DNA of 20,837 nucleotides from a virus (Duplodnaviria; Heunggongvirae; Uroviricota; Caudoviricetes): IMG/VR virus record IMGVR_UViG_2537562191_000053; one strand, 5' to 3'. Shown piece by piece: positions 1 to 7,480 of this stretch (position 1 is its first letter; each line of letters starts with the position of its first letter). The notes under the pieces were generated by a model. It saw only the letters and a program-made list of their open reading frames with translations, ran no database searches and was not told where the DNA came from. The position numbers and the translations under genes were made by a program.

Positions 1-1242
1 GCGAACGGACGTAGTCTGCAGACGGACCCGATGGCGTGTTGCCGCCGGGCGAGGGTTTGATTCCGGTGCCTTACCACTGATGAAGGCTGAGGTGCGCCCG
101 GCTGCGTTCAGAATAGCGGTTGCCAGACGATCCGGAATAATGCTCCTGCGCGCCCATGAACTGAAATGTGTCGGGCGGTTTGATGATACCTGGTTTCCAT
201 TCGTTCTCGATGCCGCACCGTAATATCCTGATGCCGGAATATCCGGATCTTCTGCCGGCGCGTTAGTGGCGGTATTGACGCCGTTACCGTCTGTCATGAA
301 GGGCACAAAATAAACGCCCTCACTCTCCCTGTTTTTGTACGCCCCGTAAATGGTGTTGTACTGGGTGCCGTAGGTATTTTTCCAGTAATACGTCGTGTCA
401 CCACAAATCCACGGCACATCTGCAGCACTGCCACCATGGCACTGCGCGTTAAACACGGAGAGGTCAGCACGAAACTGTGTCAGCATGGCTGTAAACAGCG
501 CAGGTTGCTGTGCGTGGGTGGCGGCGCTCATGTCAAACTCTCCCTGCATCCAGCACACCGCCAGCAACACATTTTTCGGGTTCTTCTGTAATGCAGCTTT
601 GGTGCGCGCAATCAGGTCCTGATATAACGGTTTACCCACACCCCAGCGCGCCGAATCCTGGCTGGCCCCCGTGTCCGCACTGAATGTCCCCTCCGCGCCC
701 TGGGTAAATGCCGAACCACCACGACAGCATGGTACCAGCAGGATCCCCGCGTTATTCGGGATATACGGGAGCAGTTTTTTGGCAATATGTAACCCCTGGC
801 CGACACAGCCGTACTGCCCTTTGCTCAGGTCTGCCTTCGGATGATTCAGCGTACTCATATCCTGCACATCATGCAGGCAGTGGTCGGCCGGAATAATATC
901 GTTATATCTGCAGGCAGCCCCACCCGGCGTAACTGTACTGCGGCGCGCCAGCTGTTTAATGCGCGGATCCGGAGCATCGTATGAATCCGGAAGCGGAAGC
1001 CCTTCCCCGTAAGCCATTGCATTGGACTGCCCGGCCAGTACGATGACGTAGTACCAATCCGGCTCAGTTGCACCACTGACCACCACATCACCTTCTGCTG
1101 CAATCGCCTGCATCAGGGTATAAGGGGTTATGGCCACCGGACTACCAAACGGCTGCCAGCCCTCTTTCAGTTTGTGTGTCAGCTTTTCCGCAAGGTCTGA
1201 CGGCGACGCCGCCCTGACCACGTCATAGTGTTTAAATGCCAT
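1..1242 (-). CDS. Prophage sialate 9-O-acetylesterase-like protein (NanS-p type, SGNH/SASA esterase); N-terminal 414 codons only, gene runs off the window start
   Basis: ATG at 1242..1240 preceded by GGAGG 5 nt upstream. Frame hand-translated at 1141-1242, 1000-1140 and 607-660 with no stop; not in ORF track, consistent with no stop inside the window. Begins MAFKHYDVVRAASPSDLAEKLTHKLKEGWQPFGS and contains VLAGQSNAMAYGEG (GQSN motif). Family assignment from memory. Confidence 0.7.
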   Translation of the reverse strand, partial: MAFKHYDVVRAASPSDLAEKLTHKLKEGWQPFGSPVAITPYTLMQAIAAEGDVVVSGATEPDWYYVIVLAGQSNAMAYGEGLPLPDSYDAPDPRIKQLARRSTVTPGGAACRYNDIIPADHCLHDVQDMSTLNHPKADLSKGQYGCVGQGLHIAKKLLPYIPNNAGILLVPCCRGGSAFTQGAEGTFSADTGASQDSARWGVGKPLYQDLIARTKAALQKNPKNVLLAVCWMQGEFDMSAATHAQQPALFTAMLTQFRADLSVFNAQCHGGSAADVPWICGDTTYYWKNTYGTQYNTIYGAYKNRESEGVYFVPFMTDGNGVNTATNAPAEDPDIPASGYYGAASRTNGNQVSSNRPTHFSSWARRSIIPDRLATAILNAAGRTSAFISGKAPESNPRPAATRHRVRLQTTSVR

Positions 1243-1330
1243 TATTCCTCCCCTTTCCGGGATTTTCCTCAACAGTTGCGGGCCACGGTCCGGCCACAAG
1301 GAGAATCAAAAGAGGAGAACCGCAGCCCGC

Positions 1331-1361
1331 AAAACGAAAAAGGCCGCGCAGTTGCGCAGCC
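1331..1361 (-). terminator. Intrinsic terminator candidate (minus strand): 8-bp GC-rich stem with one G-U pair, 4-nt loop, followed by UUUUUCGUUUU
   Basis: Plus strand reads aaaacgaaaaa-ggccgcgc-agtt-gcgcagcc; on the minus strand the hairpin is followed by a T-rich run. Lies about 90 nt upstream of the esterase start. Confidence 0.45.
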
Positions 1362-1421
1362 TTATAAACCCTGGTTAAAATCCACACGATAAAAATGACA
1401 ATGCAAGTATCTCATGCTGTT

Positions 1422-1448
1422 GCCCGAACCCACTCGGGCTTTTTTTTG
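1422..1448 (+). terminator. Intrinsic terminator candidate (plus strand): GCCCGA-acccac-TCGGGC followed by eight T
   Basis: Perfect 6-bp stem, 6-nt loop and T8 run read directly; no convincing plus-strand CDS upstream, so it may end a short non-coding transcript. Confidence 0.5.
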
Positions 1449-1765
1449 CATGTAAAAAGGCTCCTGCGATGAGAAGCCTGGATATATGCCTAATCTCTGT
1501 ATACAGCATGATGCCGGGTGCCTCCCGGTGAATTCTGCAATGACCAGACAGAATCCGCAACTTGCCTATACAATACGCAACCAAACATCTGTCATTATGC
1601 CCCGCCGCTCAGGGGGATTCATCATGCAGGATTTTTTTAACAAACGCTCAGCATGTCAGGCAACAGTCAACTGCCTGAATTGTGAGGCATTTAACATTTC
1701 ACTGTCCGGTGTCTTTCCTGTAATAAAAAGCCCGCAAAAGAGAGTCAGGGCAGATAAGTGTGGTG

Positions 1766-1842
1766 TGGTGCGTTGTACTGGATTCGAACCAGTGACCGAT
1801 TGCTTAGAAGGCAATTGCTCTGTCCGGCTGAGCTAACAACGC
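1766..1842 (-). tRNA. tRNA-Arg (anticodon UCU), 77 nt with encoded CCA
   Basis: Reverse complement folds as a canonical cloverleaf: acceptor GCGTTGT/ACAACGC, D-stem GCTC/GAGC, anticodon stem ATTGC/GCAAT with loop CTTCTAA, T-stem ACTGG/CCAGT with loop TTCGAAT, discriminator A, CCA. Position matches argO of Stx-type phages. Confidence 0.9.
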
Positions 1843-1922
1843 AGAATACCGATAATGGACCGCCACCGGGGACTCCGAATCTCGCACAGGGTGACGTTCT
1901 TTCCTGATGAGCTAGTGGCGGT
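1843..1922 (-). tRNA. Degenerate tRNA-like element (argN-like position); probably a pseudo-tRNA
   Basis: Exactly fills the 80 nt between the two good tRNAs. Has a 7/7 complementary acceptor pair CCGCCAC/GTGGCGG, then T and CCA, and a TA-GCTC D-arm start like its neighbours, but I could not fold canonical anticodon or T arms by hand. Confidence 0.3.
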
Positions 1923-1998
1923 TGGTGGCCCTTGCTGGATTTGAACCAGCGACCTGGCGATTATGAGTCGCTCGCTCTCACCACTGAGCTAAAGGGCC
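1923..1998 (-). tRNA. tRNA-Ile2-like (anticodon CAU, lysidine type; could be called Met from anticodon alone), 76 nt with encoded CCA
   Basis: Acceptor GGCCCTT/AAGGGCC, D-stem GCTC/GAGC, anticodon loop CTCATAA, T-stem GCTGG/CCAGC with loop TTCAAAT, CCA. Closely resembles E. coli ileX-type tRNA as I recall it; position matches ileZ of Stx-type phages. Confidence 0.85.
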
Positions 1999-2038
1999 GA
2001 TTGCTGAATAATAACGACGCATGATTAACTCCGCAATC

Positions 2039-3097
2039 TCATCCGTTACGAATGATTAAATCCTGTACTTCCCGCACCGTCTGCTCAAAACGTTCAGTCT
2101 CCAGTTCAACGCCAGTTGCACGACGTCCCAGCGCCATCGCTGCTTTCACTGTCGACCCCGACCCCATGAAGAAATCTGCAACCAGGTCTCCCGGACGACT
2201 GCTTGCGCTGATTATCTGCTGCAACATTTCTGCCGTTTTTTCGCACGGATGTTTCCCTGGATAGTACTGCACCGGTTTATACGTCCACACATCGGTGTAC
2301 GGCACCTGCACCGTCACACCGAAATACCGCCGCAGATGCTTATATTCACTCTGCAGCTCCGCATACTGTCGGTTCAGAGAGGCATACGTATCCACCAGCT
2401 GGTGGTGGGGCTTTTCCAGTTCACCCCGCTGATGCTTCTCTTCTGCCACCCGGGCAAACAGTGCCTGTAATTTCAGATAATCGCTTTCGTTCGGCAGCAG
2501 CCACTGACCGGCACTGAACCAGTGCGACACCATGTTTTTCTTTCCTGTGGCATCTGCAATCTGTTTTGCCGTTATCCCCAGGACAGCGCGCGCATCACGA
2601 AAGTAAGCAATCAGCGGGGCCATCACATGCTGTTTCAGTGCCCTACCCTTCGCCTCATACCCGGCATCTTTCGGACGATACGGCCCCTGATAATGCTCTG
2701 CGAACAGAATGCGCTCTGTGGCGGGGAAATACGCCCGCAGGCTTTCCTTGTTGCACCCGTTCCAGCGTCCGGACGGCTTTGCCCAGATGATATGGTTCAG
2801 CACGTTAAACCGCTCACGCATCATGATTTCGGTGTCAGATGCCAGACGATGGCCACAGAACAGGTAAAGACTTCCGGCAGGTTTCAGCACCCGCCAGAAC
2901 TGCGCAAGACACTGGTCCAGCCACTTCAGGTAATCTTCATCACCCGCCCACTGGTTATCCCAGCCCTCGGGTTTCACTTTGAAGTACGGCGGGTCCGTGA
3001 CTATCAGGTCAACAGAATTTTCGGGTAACGACCGCATAAATTCCAGGCAGTCGGCGTTGATTAACTCAAAACTGGATATTTTTACAGTATTAAGCAT
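2039..3097 (-). CDS. DNA amino-methyltransferase (N6-adenine or N4-cytosine), beta class
   Basis: 352-aa ORF. Motif IV DPPY (DLIVTDPPY) near the N-terminus and AdoMet motif I FMGSGST near the C-terminus, the IV-then-I order typical of beta-class enzymes. Weak RBS. Confidence 0.85.
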   Translation of the reverse strand: MLNTVKISSFELINADCLEFMRSLPENSVDLIVTDPPYFKVKPEGWDNQWAGDEDYLKWLDQCLAQFWRVLKPAGSLYLFCGHRLASDTEIMMRERFNVLNHIIWAKPSGRWNGCNKESLRAYFPATERILFAEHYQGPYRPKDAGYEAKGRALKQHVMAPLIAYFRDARAVLGITAKQIADATGKKNMVSHWFSAGQWLLPNESDYLKLQALFARVAEEKHQRGELEKPHHQLVDTYASLNRQYAELQSEYKHLRRYFGVTVQVPYTDVWTYKPVQYYPGKHPCEKTAEMLQQIISASSRPGDLVADFFMGSGSTVKAAMALGRRATGVELETERFEQTVREVQDLIIRNG

Positions 3098-3190
3098 GGA
3101 TCATTAAGCCTGTCTCTGATAGGCTCATTCTGCTTTTGCGCAAAGCAGTGGGCCTGAGGTTTGCTTGTGAACCCAACGCATGAGCAGATG

Positions 3191-3219
3191 GCTGGTGGGT
3201 GCCCCTTACACCCACCAGC
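3191..3219. promoter_or_regulatory. Perfect 11-bp-stem hairpin (GCTGGTGGGTG / CACCCACCAGC, 7-nt loop) in the MTase leader
   Basis: Inverted repeat read directly; no adjacent U-run, so not a canonical terminator. A second near-palindrome CTGCTTT-tgcgc-AAAGCAG lies at about 3130-3148. Confidence 0.4.
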
Positions 3220-3235
3220 CGCCCATTTACCACAA

Positions 3236-3261
3236 ATAAAAAAGCCTTCAGGACTGAAGGC
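3236..3261 (-). terminator. Intrinsic terminator (minus strand): GCCTTCA-GGAC-TGAAGGC followed by UUUUUUAUUU
   Basis: 7-bp perfect stem then T-run on the minus strand; overlaps the stop codon of the small ORF at 3248. Confidence 0.6.
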
Positions 3262-3445
3262 GTCTGTAACAACCAAACTGATAGTCTGCCAGACCCGCCA
3301 TAACCAGCTGGGTCAGTATTAACTGGCAGCGTTCGCGTGAAAGGTAAGTATTCTGCGCAATCTCCCCGACTGTCGCCGGGTCGGTAACGCTTAATTCATT
3401 AAACACCACTCTGGCGGTTTCTGTCATATCCTGCTGTTTCAGCAT
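3248..3445 (-). CDS. Small hypothetical protein (65 aa, MLKQQDMTETARVV...) between two terminators
   Basis: ORF-track ORF 3248..3568 starts at GTG inside a terminator; first ATG is residue 42 (3445..3443) with a GGGA-type RBS. No recognisable motif. Confidence 0.35.
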   Translation of the reverse strand: MLKQQDMTETARVVFNELSVTDPATVGEIAQNTYLSRERCQLILTQLVMAGLADYQFGCYRRLQS

Positions 3446-3568
3446 GTCTTTTTCCCTTTTCCGGTTAACGTGACACACCAATAACTCTTGTCGAAAAAGC
3501 CAGCAACCTGAAAGAACGGTATTAATAACCACCAGCGAATTTATTGCGCTGCTGTATATTACGGACAC

Positions 3569-3589
3569 AAAAAAACCACCTTCCGGTGG
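3569..3589 (-). terminator. tR'-like intrinsic terminator (minus strand): CCACC-GGAA-GGTGG followed by seven U
   Basis: Read directly; about 100 nt downstream of the Q-like gene stop, the layout expected for a late promoter and its terminator. Confidence 0.6.
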
Positions 3590-3686
3590 CTTCCTTGTGC
3601 GAAAAAACTTGCATTTCGCCTCGCGATACAGCTTTGCGAAGCTTACAGGAATTCAAGCTGTTTCTGCGTAAAAAAGCAAGCTTTTT

Positions 3687-4229
3687 TTATCGAAATGAAT
3701 CGTGCATAGGTACATAAAGCATGTGTTCAGCCACGGCTAACCAACCTGCAATACGTTTCTCACATGTGCTGAAACACCATTCCGGGTGAGTACGATTTAA
3801 ACATTCTGCCATTTTTCTCTTACTCATTCCCCGTCCTTCGTACCTTTGCCGGAGAATATTGATTAGCCCGGGATATTCCCCAAGCACCTCACTGATAACG
3901 CGATCAATAATCAACGCCTCTGTGTCTGTACAATGTGACAACCAGCTCTTCTGCTTCCCTCTGGTCATATCCCGAAAAAATGCCTCAAGTTCCGGTTTTT
4001 CCAGCCCGGATTTCTTCATGCTGCGTAAAACCTCATTAACTGCTGTTTTCGTCAGCTTTTTCGAAACCAGTAACCGGTTAAACATATTTCCGGATTTACC
4101 CCCACCGATATACGACCACCGCCCCCACATCCGTAATTTCCCCTGGATCCAGACTGCTTCCAGCGTGTTCAGGCGTAAATGTTCGCCGCTTTTGCCTGTA
4201 ATTTCCGGATATATCATATTTACGCTCAC
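3687..4229 (-). CDS. Late-gene antiterminator candidate (Q-like) by synteny; start is GTG at 4229 (overlapping the rusA stop) or ATG at 4217
   Basis: 180-aa ORF directly after rusA and followed by a promoter-like region and strong terminator. Cys/His-rich C-terminal segment (AECLNRTHPEWCFSTCEKR) could bind zinc. Not recognised as a named Q family; function inferred from position. Confidence 0.5.
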   Translation of the reverse strand: MSVNMIYPEITGKSGEHLRLNTLEAVWIQGKLRMWGRWSYIGGGKSGNMFNRLLVSKKLTKTAVNEVLRSMKKSGLEKPELEAFFRDMTRGKQKSWLSHCTDTEALIIDRVISEVLGEYPGLINILRQRYEGRGMSKRKMAECLNRTHPEWCFSTCEKRIAGWLAVAEHMLYVPMHDSFR

Positions 4230-4591
4230 TCACTCTCAATTTTGTAAATCTTCACGCCCAGCCGTCCCCCAGGAACGCGCTGACCGCGCACAATATTGAT
4301 TTCATCAAACTGCTCGTCGTCTATGAGAAGTCCGGCATGCGTCAGCGCATCCAGTGGTGCTTTCAGGATATTGTCCAGGTCACGACGACGTTTATCCGGT
4401 GGCTCTGCAATAATCTTTATCGCCAGCCTTCCGGACAGGTTTAATTTCAGCCGCTGCTGGCGAACAATAAGCGCCACATCACGGCGATAACGCTCACCGG
4501 CTTTTGATACAAAATATGTGCTGCCACGACGTCGCCAGTAAGTGTTCACCGTTGGCGGGTAAGGCAAAACAAATTCTATGCGTTCAGTCAT
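4226..4591 (-). CDS. rusA: Holliday-junction resolvase RusA
   Basis: 121 aa, ending ...PDKRRRDLDNILKAPLDALTHAGLLIDD..., matching the RusA catalytic-Asp region as I recall it. Start ATG abuts the upstream stop (TGAATG). Confidence 0.9.
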   Translation of the reverse strand: MTERIEFVLPYPPTVNTYWRRRGSTYFVSKAGERYRRDVALIVRQQRLKLNLSGRLAIKIIAEPPDKRRRDLDNILKAPLDALTHAGLLIDDEQFDEINIVRGQRVPGGRLGVKIYKIESE

Positions 4592-5719
4592 TCATGCTTT
4601 CCACTTCAGGACACCCGAATTTCTCGCGTGCATTAAAAAACGAATCAGCAACAACAGCTGGCTGCCGTGTTTTTCTTCAAAATCTTTTACCCCGGCGTGT
4701 AGTTCGCTATGGCATTTACGGCACAGCGGAATAACAAACAAATCATCAGCCTTTGTTCCCATCCCTCCCAGTCCATGACCAATGATGTGATGCGGATCAT
4801 CTGCCTGATTACCACACGTCATGCATTTCTGCGTTTTTACCCAACGCGTGTATACAGGCATCTCTTCCCGTCGTGGTTTCTGGCGCTGGAGATACTGAGC
4901 CGGTGACTCCGGATCAACGGCAATGCTTACCACCGTCTTTTCCTGTGGCGGGTTTTGCTGGTGGGCGTGAGGCAGTAGCGCAATATTTTTTGTGCGCTGC
5001 TTCAGCATGCTGGTGGCGGTCTGCTCTCCCGGCACGATGTCGCTCTCGCGGTATACTGAGCGAATTTTTTCCGCGCGTAATCCCAGTGAACGACGTAACA
5101 CCGTCTCCGGTAGTGCGTCCGCTACGTTATTTATGGTTGCCCACCAGGATAATTCAGCCAGCGATAATTCCCGCTCCTGCGTGCCATTCATTGCGTGGCG
5201 GATGACATCAATCATCCATGCTGACAGGTTTTGGTGAGCAAGCTGCCCGAGTGATTCGGAAGTCTGGTTACGCAGCTGGTTGTCGCAGTGCCAGCACAAC
5301 ACCATCGCGCCGGTACCGTAACGATGTATGACGGTTTCACTGTGATGGTAGTCACCATGAGGCCACTGGCAGGATTTAATGTGGCGTAACAGCCAGTCAG
5401 ACAATGCACCAGCACCACCAGCAGCACGAATCACCCGCTCATCGCTGAAAAATGGCAGTAATGATTTATCCTCCGCCAGCGGCTGGCGAACAGCAGGAAC
5501 GACTCCGGACGGCAGACCGCGCATGCTTTTCGGTTCCGGCTCCACCAGAACTCGAGGGTTATGAAATACCTGCATGGATTCACGGCCCGGTTTTAGCACC
5601 ACCAGCCCAAGTTCCGGTACCGGAACAGGTCGAAGTAATACCCGCACGTTACCTCCAGATGCGTTGCTGGAATGTGCGGGACGGACGCGGTGGGCGTTCG
5701 GAATAAGGGAGCCTGACAT
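4592..5719 (-). CDS. Lambdoid nin-region protein with C-terminal Cys/His (HNH-like) zinc motif, DUF968-like; start uncertain
   Basis: 375-aa ORF; C-terminus has CMTCGN...HHIIGHG...CRKCHSELH. The first ~48 residues are Pro-rich and overlap the upstream ORF, so the true start may be an internal Met (about 5575 or 5524). Confidence 0.7.
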   Translation of the reverse strand: MSGSLIPNAHRVRPAHSSNASGGNVRVLLRPVPVPELGLVVLKPGRESMQVFHNPRVLVEPEPKSMRGLPSGVVPAVRQPLAEDKSLLPFFSDERVIRAAGGAGALSDWLLRHIKSCQWPHGDYHHSETVIHRYGTGAMVLCWHCDNQLRNQTSESLGQLAHQNLSAWMIDVIRHAMNGTQERELSLAELSWWATINNVADALPETVLRRSLGLRAEKIRSVYRESDIVPGEQTATSMLKQRTKNIALLPHAHQQNPPQEKTVVSIAVDPESPAQYLQRQKPRREEMPVYTRWVKTQKCMTCGNQADDPHHIIGHGLGGMGTKADDLFVIPLCRKCHSELHAGVKDFEEKHGSQLLLLIRFLMHARNSGVLKWKA

Positions 5720-5921
5720 AGATTATCCAGTGACGATAATCGAGGCTGAGGGCTTTCTTAATCTCGTATCCGCGTCTGCGGTAGTTATGAATTAGCCATT
5801 CGGCCTGTTCTTCAGTACATGGTGGGTGTTGGTACCAGTCGGTTTTAAATGCGTGTGAACGCCGCCCATGCCGGATGGCAAGGTCGGTATCAGAATTGTG
5901 AAATTTGGTTTTGTGCACCAT
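5649..5921 (-). CDS. Hypothetical 90-aa protein (uncertain; overlaps the downstream ORF by 71 nt)
   Basis: ATG start with weak RBS; no motif recognised. The overlap may reflect a mis-called start or a frameshift. Confidence 0.3.
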   Translation of the reverse strand: MVHKTKFHNSDTDLAIRHGRRSHAFKTDWYQHPPCTEEQAEWLIHNYRRRGYEIKKALSLDYRHWIIYVRLPYSERPPRPSRTFQQRIWR

Positions 5922-6002
5922 CTGTTTTCTCTGCTGGCGCAGCAGGTGTCAGGTGTTCAGGCTGACGTGCGAATTGTAAACCAGAATGCCAGGAAAAAAC
6001 AA

Positions 6003-6020
6003 AACCCGCCGAAGCGGGTT
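6003..6020 (-). terminator. Intrinsic terminator candidate (minus strand): AACCCGC-UUCG-GCGGGUU followed by UUGUUUUUU
   Basis: Perfect 7-bp stem and T-rich tail on the minus strand, about 80 nt upstream of the nin-like genes (tR2-like position). Confidence 0.55.
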
Positions 6021-6266
6021 AAGTGCGGGTGCGTTGAGGATGCCTGACTCATCAGAGGTGGCGAGGGATTTCTCCCTCGCCTGGTCTCTTACTCCTCAGG
6101 TTCGTAAGCTGTGAAGACAGCGACCTCCGTCTGGCCGGTTCGGATTCGTACCTCGCAGAGGTCTTTCCTCGTTACCAGTGCCGTCACTATGACGGTTAAA
6201 CAGATGACGATCTGAACCGCCCCGGAAATCCTGGAGACTAAACTCCCTGAGAAAGAGGTAAACAGG

Positions 6267-6593
6267 ATGACTAAAAATACTCGTTTTTCCCCCGAAGTCC
6301 GTCAGCGGGCGATTCGTATGGTTCTGGAAAGTCAGGATGAATATGACTCACAGTGGGCGGCAATTTGTTCCATTGCCCCAAAGATTGGCTGTACGCCGGA
6401 GACTCTGCGTGTCTGGGTTCGCCAGCATGAGCGGGATACCGGGGGCGGTGATGGTGGGCTCACCAGCGCTGAACGTCAGCGTCTGAAAGAGCTGGAACGT
6501 GAAAATCGTGAACTGCGCCGCAGTAACGATATCCTTCGCCAGGCTTCCGCTTATTTTGCGAAGGCGGAGTTCGACCGCCTCTGGAAAAAATGA
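6267..6593 (+). CDS. IS629-like transposase OrfA (HTH)
   Basis: 108 aa, [23 protein letters not shown]...; A-rich slippery run (GGAAAAAAT) at its 3' end. Confidence 0.9.
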   Translation: MTKNTRFSPEVRQRAIRMVLESQDEYDSQWAAICSIAPKIGCTPETLRVWVRQHERDTGGGDGGLTSAERQRLKELERENRELRRSNDILRQASAYFAKAEFDRLWKK

Positions 6594-7480
6594 TGCCACT
6601 GCTGGATAAGCTGCGTGAGCAGTACGGGGTCGGACCGGTATGCAGCGAACTGCATATTGCCCCGTCAACGTATTACCATTGTCAGCAACAGCGACATCAT
6701 CCGGATAAACGCAGTGCCCGTGCGCAGCACGACGACTGGCTGAAGAGAGAGATACAGCGCGTATACGATGAAAATCATCAGGTGTACGGTGTGCGTAAAG
6801 TCTGGCGTCAGTTGTTACGGGAAGGAATCAGGGTGGCCAGATGTACAGTGGCACGTCTCATGGCGGTTATGGGACTTGCCGGTGTTCTCCGGGGTAAAAA
6901 GGTCCGTACGACCATCAGCCGGAAAGCCGTTGCCGCAGGCGACCGCGTAAACCGTCAGTTCGTGGCAGAACGACCTGACCAGCTGTGGGTGGCTGATTTT
7001 ACTTACGTCAGCACATGGCAGGGCTTCGTCTATGTGGCGTTTATCATTGATGTGTTTGCCGGATACATCGTGGGGTGGCGGGTCTCATCGTCTATGGAAA
7101 CGACATTCGTGCTGGATGCGCTGGAGCAGGCGTTGTGGGCCCGTCGTCCGTCTGGCACCATCCATCACAGCGATAAAGGCTCTCAGTATGTGTCACTGGC
7201 CTATACGGAGCGACTAAAAGAAGCCGGATTACTGGCATCAACAGGGAGTACAGGCGACTCGTATGACAACGCGATGGCTGAGAGCATCAATGGTCTTTAC
7301 AAAGCGGAGGTAATACACCGTAAGAGCTGGAAAAACCGTGCAGAAGTGGAACTGGCCACACTAACGTGGGTGGACTGGTATAACAATCGACGATTGCTGG
7401 GAAGGCTGGGCCATACTCCTCCGGCAGAAGCAGAAAAAGCTTATTATGCTTCCATCGGAAACGATGATCTGGCAGCCTGA
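6590..7480 (+). CDS. IS629-like transposase OrfB (DDE catalytic domain; expressed as OrfAB by -1 frameshift)
   Basis: 296 aa with the DDE-type integrase core (...WVADFTYV..., ...HSDKGSQY..., ...[15 protein letters not shown]...). Confidence 0.9.
   Translation: MMPLLDKLREQYGVGPVCSELHIAPSTYYHCQQQRHHPDKRSARAQHDDWLKREIQRVYDENHQVYGVRKVWRQLLREGIRVARCTVARLMAVMGLAGVLRGKKVRTTISRKAVAAGDRVNRQFVAERPDQLWVADFTYVSTWQGFVYVAFIIDVFAGYIVGWRVSSSMETTFVLDALEQALWARRPSGTIHHSDKGSQYVSLAYTERLKEAGLLASTGSTGDSYDNAMAESINGLYKAEVIHRKSWKNRAEVELATLTWVDWYNNRRLLGRLGHTPPAEAEKAYYASIGNDDLAA

Noticed and set aside
395-1103. ORF-track ORFs 395..622 (+), 612..806 (-), 855..1103 (-)
   Set aside because: All lie in the wrong frame or strand relative to the hand-verified esterase reading frame, which is open across this whole stretch.
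1486-1836. 116-aa plus-strand ORF in the tRNA-esterase spacer, considered as possible remnant toxin (stx) coding sequence
   Set aside because: It runs antisense through the tRNA-Arg gene, and the 520-bp spacer is far too short for stxAB; I treat it as non-coding, though a short ATG-initiated ORF with a GGGGGA RBS near 1624 cannot be fully excluded.
2052-3028. Plus-strand ORFs inside the methyltransferase gene (2052..2264, 2249..2470, 2522..3028, 2566..2790)
   Set aside because: Antisense to a gene with clear methyltransferase motifs; no RBS support.
3859-5564. Plus-strand ORFs antisense to Q-like, rusA and DUF968-like genes (3859..4299, 4296..4490, 4504..4734, 4578..4778, 4709..4906, 4873..5205, 4992..5237, 5379..5564) and the minus-strand ORF 5212..5427
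   Set aside because: Overlap better-supported genes that have recognisable motifs and operon-style coupling; the 5212..5427 ORF is out of frame inside the DUF968-like gene.
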